Below are positions 48,390-58,314 of a stretch of DNA of 64,000 bases, one piece after another; positions within the stretch are counted from its first letter, which is position 1, and the number at the start of each line of letters is the position of its first letter. The notes under the pieces are model-generated. The model saw only the letters and a list, made by a program, of their open reading frames with translations. It made no database searches and was not told where the DNA came from. Origin of the DNA: an uncultured Planctomycetota bacterium (lineage in GTDB: Bacteria; Planctomycetota; Planctomycetia; Isosphaerales; Isosphaeraceae). The stretch spans positions 960,001 through 1,024,000 of the forward strand of contig CAWGMQ010000006.1 in assembly GCA_963823665.1 (NCBI GenBank). Reading direction: 5' to 3'. The position numbers were made by a program, and so were the translations under genes.

Positions 48390-50800
48390 ATGGTGGATCG
48401 TGCCTGTGAGTGCGAAACAGACCGGCTGAGGCGGCACGTGGAGGGCCGGCTCGGGGAGAATGAGCAGGAACTGCTGGCCGCCCATCTCGATCGTTGTGAG
48501 GAGTGCCGCGGTTCGCTCGAGGCGCTGGCCGGCGACGTCGGCTTATGGCGTGACCTGCGTTATTTCCTGGTCGGTGAGTCGGATCTCTCACCGCCCCACG
48601 TCCGTCCGTCCGGCCACGCCCCTGACGAGGGGCGGGGACGGCCCGCGCCCGATGAATGGGATGGGTGGCGGCCAGTCCTCGCTTTCCTCGATCCCCCGTC
48701 GGACCCTCAGTACATGGGTTCCTTGGGTCCGTATCAGATCCTCGAGGTCATCGGCCGAGGGGGGATGGGCGTGGTCTTGAAGGGCTCGGATTCGGTGCTG
48801 GCCCGCGTTGTCGCGATCAAGGTCCTCGCCCCCGAGCTGTCATTCCTCGGCTCGGCCCGGCTGCGTTTCGCCCGCGAGGCCAGGGCGGCGGCGTCGGTGG
48901 CCCACGAGCATGTGGTCGCGATTCACGCGGTCGACTCCTGGAAGGGCCTCCCCTATCTCGTGATGCAGTACGTCCCAGGCAAGTCGCTTCAGGGTCGGAT
49001 CGAGCGCGACGGCCCGCTCGCCGTCCGCGAGGTGCTCCGAATTGGCATGCAAGTGGCTTCGGGCCTGGCGGCTGCCCACGCACAGGGGCTCGTGCACCGT
49101 GACATCAAGCCGGCGAATATCCTCCTCGAGAACGGCATCGAGCGAATCAAGATCACTGACTTCGGTCTCGCCCGCGCGGCCGACGACGCGAGCATCAGCC
49201 AGAGCGGCGTGGCCGCCGGGACGCCGCACTACATGGCGCCTGAACAGGCCCGGTGCGAGCCCATCGACCCCCGCGTCGACCTCTTCGGCTTGGGTGGGTT
49301 GATGTACGCTATGTGCACCGGGCACCCGCCGTTCCGGGCCGAGACCGCGATGGCGGTCCTCCGTCGCGTCTGCGAAGACACCCCGAAGTCGATCCGGGCA
49401 GACCACCCTGACGTTCCGGCCTGGCTCGAGGCGATCATCGCCAGGCTGCTTGCCAAGGACCCGGGGCGCGGTTCCAGACGGCCGCGGAGGTCGCGGATCT
49501 TCTCGGTCAGTGCCTGATCTACCTCGAGCGGCCAACCGCCGCGCCGCCATTCCCGTACGAAGAGGATCACAGGCGTTTTCCCGCCCTTCGAAGCCGGCGG
49601 CGCGCCGCGGCGGTGATGTTTCTGGCGCTCGTCGCAGGGCTCGGGGCGACCGAGGCCGGCGGACTCACTGGCTTCTCCGGGTTGCTGGCGAGGGCTCTTC
49701 GCGGCAAAGTTGCCGTGCGCCAGCCCCCCGCGATCGGCTCAATCCTTGAAGCGCTCGGTCCGGTTCCGGTGACCTGCCGCGATCCAGTCACGCCCTGGCC
49801 GTTCTGGGCCGTCGGCTCCGCGTCTTATTCTCCCGACGGAACAGAGCTGGCAGTCGGCAGCGCCGACGGCTTCGTCACGCTCTGTTCCTCTCGCTCGCGC
49901 CGGCTCCGCGCGATCCTGCCGCACCCGGACCGGGTCATGTCGCTGGCGTATTCACCCGACGGGAAGATCCTCGCCGCCGCGGGGGGCGACTGGGAGATGG
50001 GCACGAGGAAGGGATTCGTCAGGCTCTGGAACGTGGCCAGCGCTCGGGAACTGGCCACCGTTGCGCCGGGGTGCGACATCGAATTCGCCGTGGCATTCTC
50101 CCCTGACGGCAAGACCCTGGCTTGGTGCGGCCGAGATCGCATCATCACGCTCTGGGACGTCGACCAGAATCGCACACGAGCGATCTGCGTCGGCCACGAG
50201 GGGACGGTTCGCGCACTGGCATTCCACCCCAGCGGCGACCGGATGGTCTCCGCCGGGTTCGATGGTACCCTCCGTTTCTGGAACACGGCCACCGGCGCGG
50301 AGGATGGGAAACCCATCCAGCTCGGCGGCAGGTCGTCGAACTGCGTCGCCGTGTCGCCGGACGGCACTGCCCTCGCCTCAAGCACCGGTGGTCCAAGGTC
50401 CGACGACCCGGGTTGGGGTGGTCCCGCGCCGGGTCCGCTCCAGGTCTGGGACTGGAAGACCCGGCAGGAACGGTTCGCCCTCAAGGGGCACCGCTACCGC
50501 ATCCTGGGAGTGTCGTTTTCTCCCGATGGGAAAACCCTCGCCTCAGCGGGAGGCCACTTTTCTGTCGGCGCCGAGGTCAAGCTGTGGGATGTCGCCTCGG
50601 GCCGCGAGCAACACAGCCTCTCGGGGCATCAGTGGTGGGTGGAGTGCGTGGCGTTCTCGCCCGACTCTCGCTTTTTGTTGAGCGCCGGAGGCTTTGAAAA
50701 GAACCCCGGAGAGGTTCGCGTCTGGGACCTGACCTCGCAAGGAAGTAGTACCGAACAAGCCGCCTCGGCCTGGACCCCATTGTCACGGCAATCGCGATAG
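48390..50800 (+). CDS. Ser/Thr protein kinase with N-terminal zf-HC2-like motif, TM helix and WD40 repeats (indel near 49465)
   Basis: HLDRCEEC; GRGGMGVV, VAIK, HRDIKPAN, DFG, GTPHYMAPE; TM; repeated FSPDGK...LWD. Confidence 0.93.
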
Positions 50801-50853
50801 ATAAAAGGAGGAGCTCGCTTCGGAGTTCGCCCTACCTCACCGAAAGGGGAATC

Positions 50854-52707
50854 ATGAGCAGAGTGTTTTTCGTCATGATCGGCGTCGTGGCCCTCGTACC
50901 GGGGGTTGACGTATCGGCCGACGAGATCGACGTCGACTTCACCAAACAGAGTTACGACCGCTTTCTGTTCCGCCCGGAGGCCGGGCTCGACGGCGGGCAC
51001 TGGCGTACCAGTGGCAACGGCCTTCACGCCTCCGTGCCGCGCGGGCAGCCGTCACGCGGACCGCTGCGATTCCGGGCTCTCCTGCATCTCGAAGGCGACT
51101 TCGAGATCGTCGCCGGCTTCGAGATCGACCGGCTCCCCCGGCCTGCCGAACCTCCGGCGAAGGGAGAAGTCAAGGACCCGACCAACAACATCGAGATCTT
51201 CCTCTATGCCCCGGACGTGATGGTCACGGTCTTTCGGGACAATCGTCCTTCCGGTGAAGGATGGGGTTTCTATGCGCACTCGCCCGAAGGGGGCTCGACA
51301 ATCCGTCACTTTCCCGCCACGGGGAAGTCCGGCCGGCTTGGCGTACGCCGCTCGGGAGATCAGCTCACGTTCCTCCATTCCGAGGCGGATGGAACGCTCG
51401 TCGAGATGGGAACCGTCAAGTTCAGCACCGGGCCGATCGCCGAGCTCGGGCTCCAGGCGCTGGCGCTGCGCAGCCCCGACGCGATCGATGCCCGTTTCGA
51501 GCGGCTGTCGATCAAGGCGGACAAGATCGTCAGGCTCGAGCAGCCGCCGTCGTCAGGCTGGGGCGGAGGAACCTGGTTGACGCTGGCCGCGGTCGCCATC
51601 CTATTCATCGGCGCCGCGGTGGCATGGCGCCTATGGTCCGGCCGCGATGCGCGAGCGAAGCCGAGGCCTGGCGTCAAGACCGCGGTTGCCTCCGCGGCAA
51701 AAACGGCGGCGAAGCGGGCCGCCGCGAAGCCGAGTCGCGGGTTCACGCTCATCGAGCTTCTGGTTGTCATCACGGTGATCGGTATTCTCATCGCCCTTCT
51801 GCTGCCGGCCGTCCAGGCCGCGCGCGAGGCGGCGCGGCGAGCGCAGTGCACGAACAACCTCAAGCAGATCGGTCTGGCCCTGTCCAGTTACCAGTCGGCC
51901 TTACGCGTCTACCCCTTCGGGGTTGGCGGCGGCGGTCCACCCTCGAGCGGCTTCAACCGCTGGTCGGCCCAGTCGCAGCTTCTCCCCTATCTCGAGCAGA
52001 CCGCCCTGTTCAATGCCCTCAATTTCGCGGGAACCCCGTGGTTGAATCTCAACCCCGAATTCGGGCCGATGAATCAGACGGCCATCACGACCACAATCGC
52101 GGGCTTCCTTTGCCCTACCGACGTCGACCGGATTGACGACCCACTCAACACTGCGCACAACAACTACCGGGCCTGCGCCGGTTCGCTCCCATACAATTTG
52201 AAAAATGACTCACCGGACCTCACCGGTCGTAACAACGGAGGTTTCTGGTACCAGAGTGCGGTGTCGCCGGGCCAGGTCACTGACGGTCTGAGCATGACGG
52301 CGTTTTGGAGCGAGCGTTGCCTCGGAAGCACGACGGCACCGGACCCGCTTTCGGACTATTATATGACGAACGATACAGTGGCCGCGTGCCGGTTGGCCGG
52401 GCCGGCAGACTCGCCCCGGCTGACCGATGCATACGAGTGGTCGGGCGAACGCTGGGCCGACGGGAACTCGCTTTATACTCGTTATAACCACGCCCTCCCT
52501 CCTGGATATCCGAGCTGCCTGCTTGGAGGATCGCAGGACTACGACAGCCAGACGGTGGTGACGGCGACGAGCCGCCACCCCGGCGGCGTGAACCTGATGA
52601 CCGGCGACGGCTCGGTCCGATTCGTGAAGGCGTCGGTGAGCGCAAGCGTCTGGACGGCCCTGGGAACGATCGCGGGAGGAGAAGTGGTCGACGCGAGTGC
52701 GTACTGA
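50854..52707 (+). CDS. DUF1559 prepilin-like protein with 296-aa N-terminal extension (signal peptide, DUF1583-like beta domain, TM)
   Basis: Internal G|FTLIELLVVITVIGILIALLLPAVQAAREAARRAQCTNNLKQIGLA at 51739; C-terminal SRHPGGVNLMTGDGSVRF (H-X9-DG). Confidence 0.88.
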   Translation: MSRVFFVMIGVVALVPGVDVSADEIDVDFTKQSYDRFLFRPEAGLDGGHWRTSGNGLHASVPRGQPSRGPLRFRALLHLEGDFEIVAGFEIDRLPRPAEPPAKGEVKDPTNNIEIFLYAPDVMVTVFRDNRPSGEGWGFYAHSPEGGSTIRHFPATGKSGRLGVRRSGDQLTFLHSEADGTLVEMGTVKFSTGPIAELGLQALALRSPDAIDARFERLSIKADKIVRLEQPPSSGWGGGTWLTLAAVAILFIGAAVAWRLWSGRDARAKPRPGVKTAVASAAKTAAKRAAAKPSRGFTLIELLVVITVIGILIALLLPAVQAAREAARRAQCTNNLKQIGLALSSYQSALRVYPFGVGGGGPPSSGFNRWSAQSQLLPYLEQTALFNALNFAGTPWLNLNPEFGPMNQTAITTTIAGFLCPTDVDRIDDPLNTAHNNYRACAGSLPYNLKNDSPDLTGRNNGGFWYQSAVSPGQVTDGLSMTAFWSERCLGSTTAPDPLSDYYMTNDTVAACRLAGPADSPRLTDAYEWSGERWADGNSLYTRYNHALPPGYPSCLLGGSQDYDSQTVVTATSRHPGGVNLMTGDGSVRFVKASVSASVWTALGTIAGGEVVDASAY

Positions 52708-52879
52708 AGACGGCTGCCCAAACGGAGCGGCTTCAAGCACGTAGCTGTGCGGAAACCGAACAGCATCAATCAATAAACCTTACTGATGCAATTCCGTCGT
52801 GTAACGCGCCGGCGTTAAACATGTGGAGGCTTCTCGTCGGTCGTTCCACGCCGTGAGGTTTTTTTTTGAGCAAGAAGGG

Positions 52880-55747
52880 ATGGTCACGATGCGACTGAAG
52901 AAGCTGTGGGTAGCCCTCGTGGCCGTGCCGATCGCCTATGCATTGGGGTGCTCGGCCCGCTGCTCGCCCGGCAGGTGCCGGGTCTGACCGGCAGACTGTC
53001 GCAGCAACCCGGCGTAGCCGCTCTACATGCGGTTGAAAAGCAACTGAAATCGGCGGTGAGCAAAGTTACGCCTGGCGTCGTTGCTGTTGGACCGGGCGCC
53101 TCGGGAGTCATCGTCTCGGCGGACGGCTTAATCCTCACTCAGAGTCACTGCGCACCTGACCCAACGGTCAAAATATGCCTCACTGACGGAACCGAGGAGG
53201 TTGCAGATGTTCTTGGGCCTGATGATGTGTTCGATCTTTGCTTATTGAAACTGCGGAAGCCAGGTCCATACCCACATGTCGATTTTGCGGAAACCATGCC
53301 GAAGCTGGAAAGCTGGATTGTTCTGGCGGGTTATCCGTTGCCTCTGAGTTACAAGAAAGGCCGGCCGGCGGAAATACGGCTTGGCAAACTTCTCTATTCC
53401 ACTTCAACTTTGTTGCCGACTGTCCCACGATGGGTGGAGACTCAGGTGCACCGTACTTCGACCTGAACGGTCGCCTGATCGGCATCGTCGATGGTGCTAC
53501 TTTGTTTACCGATGTCCTGTACCCCGACTGCACAGTCAATCTGGGCAGCCGATGGATGCGCGGAACCCCGGTCAAAGAAGTTCGCAGTCGATTTGAACGC
53601 ATGAAAGGAGGCGAGAAAAATATCGGGCTAAGGCCCGGGGAGCTCTCCTTCCAGGATCGGGCCATGAGACTCCCCTTCACGGACTTGATTCCGGCGGAGC
53701 GACACAGCCATGGAATCAAGACGCTCGAGGCGTTCCGGGAGGCGAATGTCACCGTGAGGGAGAGCGTCGTCGAGGTGCTTGACGGCAATGAGACGGCCGC
53801 CCTTGGTGCCGTCGTGGACGCCGATGGTTTGGTCTGACCAAAGCCAGCGAGGTGCCGGACGGCGTCCGGGTCCGGCTGGCCGACGGACGCATCCTCGCAG
53901 CGGAGGTCGTCGGCGTTGACCCGGCTTATGACCTGGCTTTGCTTCGCCTGCCGACGAGCGGACTGAGGCCTGTCGCCTGGGCAGCCTCCGGTCAGCCCTC
54001 AGTCGGCACTCCGGTGATTGCTGCTGGCCCAGGGCCGCTGCCCGTCAAGATTGGAATCGTGAGCTTGCCGCTCCAGGTGTCGTCCGGACCCTTCAAGAGC
54101 ACGGTCTCGCGCCGGCCGCTCACGCCGGCGATGCCGCCGGCCGTGCTCGGCAGCGGTGTTCCGGGTCGTGGCTACTGGGTGGAGTACGTCGAAGGCAACG
54201 CGGCAGCCGCGGGAATTCGCCCGGGAGACCTGCTGGTCTCGGTCGCGGGAGTGCCCATTCGTTGCCATGAGGATGTGGGGCGCTGTGTCCAGGGCCAACG
54301 CGGCGGGAGTCAAGTGCCCGTGCAGCTTTTGAGAGAGGGCAAGATGCATCGCCTGACACTGACGTTGAAAACGGAGACGCCGAGCGTTCGTTTGATCGCG
54401 GACCGGACCGATCGCATGATTCCGCTCTTACAGTCAGCCGTCTCCCAGGGGCTCCGGCAGGTGCTTACTGACGTTTCCACTAGCCTTGTGACGGATCTTT
54501 CCGTTTTGCGGGCAGTATATAACGATTCTCATAGCCGCGAACGCTTCAGGCCCCCCGCTGCGTTCCCTGTGGCGATCCCCGTCGGCCAAGATGAGTGTGG
54601 TGGGCCGCTGATCGGCCTGGATGGCAAGGTTCTCGGGTTAGTCTGCGAGCGAGCTCATTCGACATTTACCCTGGTGATTCCGGCTGATCGGGTCGTGGAG
54701 TGCTTGAAAGACCTGAAGCAAGGCCGCCCGCTTGGTGCATTGCCCCCACGGGTTAGCACGGTCGCCAACGCCCCTGCTCCGAAGCCTGCCACCGCCACGT
54801 CCGAGGAAGTGATCACAAAGCTCAAAGAGAGAACAGACCGCTACCGTAGCTTGCTCGTCGAATATGACATCACCACGGAAGCCGACGTCGATCCCCAGTT
54901 GCTGGTCGCGTGGCAATTCTCGTTCTTCCGGGATTACCATGAACGTCATCGCGCCGCCTTTCTGGGGCCCAAGCAACTGACCGAGATCATCATCCCCGCT
55001 GGCGATGGCTTTCTTGCGCCCGCGTATGCAGCGACTCCGGACCCAGCCGCTCCCAAGGACGTCTCCCAGCGACTGGCCCAGGCCCAGAGGACGGCCGCCC
55101 AGGCAAGAGACGTCGGGCTCATCCATTGGCACTTGTTGCGCTACCGCCAATCTTCCGGATTACGACGCTTTGTGTTTGATTCGAAGACGGTGGAGTCGCA
55201 GTCGGTGTACGGTGATGAAGACCGCTTCGAAGGATACTTTGCGCCAAAGGATTACCTGGCCAACATCGGACTGCGGCCGATCAGCTTCAGACACTCATTC
55301 GATCCCTCACAGAGCACCAGGAACGGCGACCTGGCGGAAGAGCAAGCCTGGCGGCTTCCGGGGAACTTTGCGCGCCTGCCGCACTGCCGTGTCCGGCCGA
55401 ATGAAGAGAAGGTGGATGGCGCGGGCTGCGTCGTGCTCGAGGCGCCGCTCAAGGACGGAATCGAAACGATCTGGCTTGATCCGGGGCTGGGATATGCTCC
55501 GCGAAAGTGGGAGGTTCGCGCCGGCAATCGGCTGGTCTGGCGAAGGACGGGCAAGGATTTTCGCGAGTTCGCACCAGGATGCTGGCTGCCGCTGGAAGCC
55601 ACCGCGTCTTTCGGACCGCCCGCGTGGACGTCCCTCGTGCCACCAGACCAGTCGGTCTACACGCAACGCATGAGTTTGCGTTACGCTCGTGTGAACGATT
55701 TGCCTGACAGCATTTTCACAAAGGAAGTTCATGCTCGCCGTGACTGA
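52880..55747 (+). CDS. Trypsin-like serine protease with second degenerate protease domain, PDZ and C-terminal domain; several indels
   Basis: Lipobox-like ALGC; ILTQSH, DLCLLK, GGDSGAP; second unit YDLALLRL...PDZ AAAAGIRPGD...ECGGPLIGLDG; frames change near 52960, 53410 and 53835. Confidence 0.75.
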
Positions 55748-55792
55748 CGCTGCACTGGTCAGGAGGCTTGTTGACTTCGAGCGACGCGAACC

Positions 55793-55980
55793 ATGCTCAC
55801 GCGGCGACGCGCGCTTGCAATTCTCGGGGCGGCCGGGATTCGAACGGGCGTCTTTCAGCGTGCGTTGGCGGCGAAGGCAGCCGAAGGACCGGTTTCTCCA
55901 CAAATGGTTGCGGATGCCGAGTGGGTCGCAGGGATCAAGCTCACTCCGGCCCAGCGCGAGGCGGCAGCCAACCATCTGAA
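55793..55980 (+). pseudogene. 5' fragment of a Tat-exported protein (amidase-like N-terminus)
   Basis: MLTRRRALAILGAAG..GVFQRALAA...AEWVAGIKLT..QRE, then ends abruptly. Confidence 0.6.
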
Positions 55981-55982
55981 AC

Positions 55983-56540
55983 GGCATCGGTTGGGACGCA
56001 TATGAGGAGCACTTCTGGGAACAGTGGATCATCCGCTTCGAGTATGCCTACGTCGGCCTGCCGGCCCTGGACGGGCCGGCGTACGCGACCGGCGAAAACC
56101 TCCTCGGCGTGGCGCTGAGCGTCTTAATGCAGCTACCAGCCGACCGCCGTGCCGAGTTGTACGCAGAGGGATTGCGACGGATTGCCGCTTCTGGAGAAAA
56201 TGATTTTCGACGCTTCCTCCTGGCCGAGTGCCTGGAGGCTTACGCCGAGATGGACGAAGCCCAGCACGAGCGACTGCACGCGTTGTTGCACCACGAAAAG
56301 TATCAAGAGGTTGAATCCCTCACGAAGACGACATACGAGCGAGGAATCGAACGAGGAATCGAACGAGGCATTGAGCAGGGCGAGCGGCGGTCGACCATCC
56401 GGCTATTGGAAACCAAGTTCGGCCCATTGTCAGACAAGGTCAAGCAGCGGGTTGAGGGCTCCTCACCCGAAGCGCTGGCCCGAATCCAGCTTGATCCTCT
56501 CGAAGCCCAAGCCCTCGAGGACCTCCGATTAGAGGAGTAA
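55983..56540 (+). pseudogene. 3' fragment of Rpn-like / DUF4351 protein
   Basis: GIGWDAYEEHFW...NLLGVALSVLM...TTYERGIERGIERGIEQGERR..RLLETKFGPL; in-frame TGA at 55977 and no N-terminal nuclease part. Confidence 0.7.
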
Positions 56541-56572
56541 ACAGGTCTCCAAGCGGTCTAACGGTTTGTTCG

Positions 56573-56867
56573 TTACTCTCCCCAGTTTTACCGATTAGCG
56601 CGACGTAAGGGGTTTTAGCACGCTGACTCCGAGGATCTCGTCCAGCAGGTCCTCCGCGCCGTCGCTTCCGCCGTGGACCGCTGGGAAGCCGACCCGTGTA
56701 AAATGCCTTTTCGCAACTGGTTGTTCCGGATCGCGCGGAACATGATACTGAACCTGATGACCGGCGACGGCTCGGTCCGATTCGTGAAGGCGTCGGTGAG
56801 CGCGAGCGTCTGGACGGCCCTGGGGGCCATCTCGGGAAGAGAAGTGGTCGATGCCAGTGCCTACTGA
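56573..56867 (+). pseudogene. Chimeric remnant: ECF sigma 5' segment fused to DUF1559 3' end
   Basis: 56573-56756 aligns to 47853-48034 and 56749-56867 aligns to 52589-52707; internal TAG replaces CAG. Confidence 0.92.
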
Positions 56868-57063
56868 CCGCGGCCGGTTCCGTAGATGATGAATGTCCTC
56901 TTCGGCCCATTCGACCACTATGCGTTCCCAGGGACTCAGTTATGAAGAACCGACGATGAGCGCTGGCTGTTCTCGGCAGTGCCGGGCTCGAGACCTCTGT
57001 CCTTCAGCGTGCGCTCGCGGCGAAGGTTGGGCCATGGCGGTGGATGCGAAGACGAGCTTGCGG

Positions 57064-57245
57064 TCAAGTTACCAATAGACCGCGATCTTGGACGGTCGCT
57101 CGGTGCGCGATTGCCTGAGGTGTGACCTTTGGTGAGCTTGCCGTGCTCGAGAGAGAGTTGTCGTCGCCGCTGTAGACGACCCTGATCGCGTTGTTAAGCA
57201 CGCCGGCAGCACCCAGGTTGAGCGTCGCCTGCCTGCCAATGAGCG
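57064..57245 (-). pseudogene. Fragment of a C-terminal bacterial Ig-like domain
   Basis: ATLNL...IRVVYSGDDNSLSSTAS; no 5' part. Confidence 0.5.
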
Positions 57246-57520
57246 CCGCTAACCCCACTCCTCACCCGTCCCTGCCCACCACAGTTTTGATTCCTCTGGA
57301 TTCTTCCCAGGTTCTCCTCAATCGCCGCAAGAATCGCCTCGTGTCCCAGTGGTCTACCGGTTAGTCGGCTGGCGTACACGACTCACACGAGCGCAGGAAC
57401 GCCCGAGAAGTCGCAACGTCTTGTGAAGGAATAAACACCGGAGTAAATGTTGCGTGTTGCCGACTGCCGACACGCGGCGATTCCGTCTTGGCTCGATGAA
57501 TCGGCAAAGTGGCCCTGCGA

Positions 57521-58273
57521 TCACGATGTCGCTGACGGAGCGGTCTCAGGGACGCGACCGGCCCTTGCGCCACGTCGACGCCGCCAGCAATAGCCGCCGG
57601 CTGTGAAGAGCCCCCCGATGACCCCCAGAAGGAGCGTGCTCGGTTCGGGGACTGACGCGCCACCGATGACGATCACATTGGAAATCGTCACGCTCGAGGA
57701 ACTATCCGGGTCGGTGCCGCCCGCCAGGCGGAAGAGGATCTCGGCGGACTGGCCGTCCAGGTTGAGCGACGACAGATCGACCGAGACGAGGGCGATGTCC
57801 CCGGACGGGACCGTGACCGTCACGCCCAGGGCGGCCTGCCCCTGCGTGATGCCATCCACAATGTCCCGGGTGTAGAAGGAGTCGGTCGTGGAGTCGACGG
57901 TCGGCACGAGCGAGGCGAGCGTGCTTGGGTTCAGCAGGGAGGCCCCGAAGAAGTCCGGCAGATAGCCGTTGGCATTGTTATTGTCGACAGTCGAATCCGG
58001 CGCGACTGAGTTCAGGGTGAACTGCAGGCTCTGGACCCCAGATGGCATCGTGAACGTGAGGAACAGGTCAGTTTCGAGCGCGAAGGTGCTCTCGGCGATC
58101 GTCGCGAGCCCGCCGGCGGCCGTCAATGTCCCACTATCGCCAGCAGTGGTCCAGCCCGAGAGGCCGTTCGGGAAGCCGAGGATGAGGTCGGCGCGGGCAG
58201 GCGGCCCCGCCGCGGCGATCATCGAGCAAACGACGAGTATTCCGAGAAATCCTGTGAACTTGCGGCATCGCAT
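57521..58273 (-). CDS. PEP-CTERM sorting-domain surface protein
   Basis: Signal peptide ending ARA-D; VPEPSTLLLGVIGGLFTAGGYCWRRRRG; GAGG RBS. Confidence 0.92.
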   Translation of the reverse strand: MRCRKFTGFLGILVVCSMIAAAGPPARADLILGFPNGLSGWTTAGDSGTLTAAGGLATIAESTFALETDLFLTFTMPSGVQSLQFTLNSVAPDSTVDNNNANGYLPDFFGASLLNPSTLASLVPTVDSTTDSFYTRDIVDGITQGQAALGVTVTVPSGDIALVSVDLSSLNLDGQSAEILFRLAGGTDPDSSSSVTISNVIVIGGASVPEPSTLLLGVIGGLFTAGGYCWRRRRGARAGRVPETAPSATS

Positions 58274-58314
58274 CAACTTTACCTCGCAGTCATGAATTAG
58301 AAGGAAGAACCTGG

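Noticed and set aside
56109..56540. Active transposase/IS
   Set aside because: Only a C-terminal Rpn/DUF4351-like fragment; no catalytic domain, terminal inverted repeats or target duplication seen.
52589..56867. DGR template/variable repeat pair (DUF1559 3' end duplicated)
   Set aside because: Differences are mostly synonymous and not adenine-specific, no reverse transcriptase is present, and the copy is explained by the deletion chimera.
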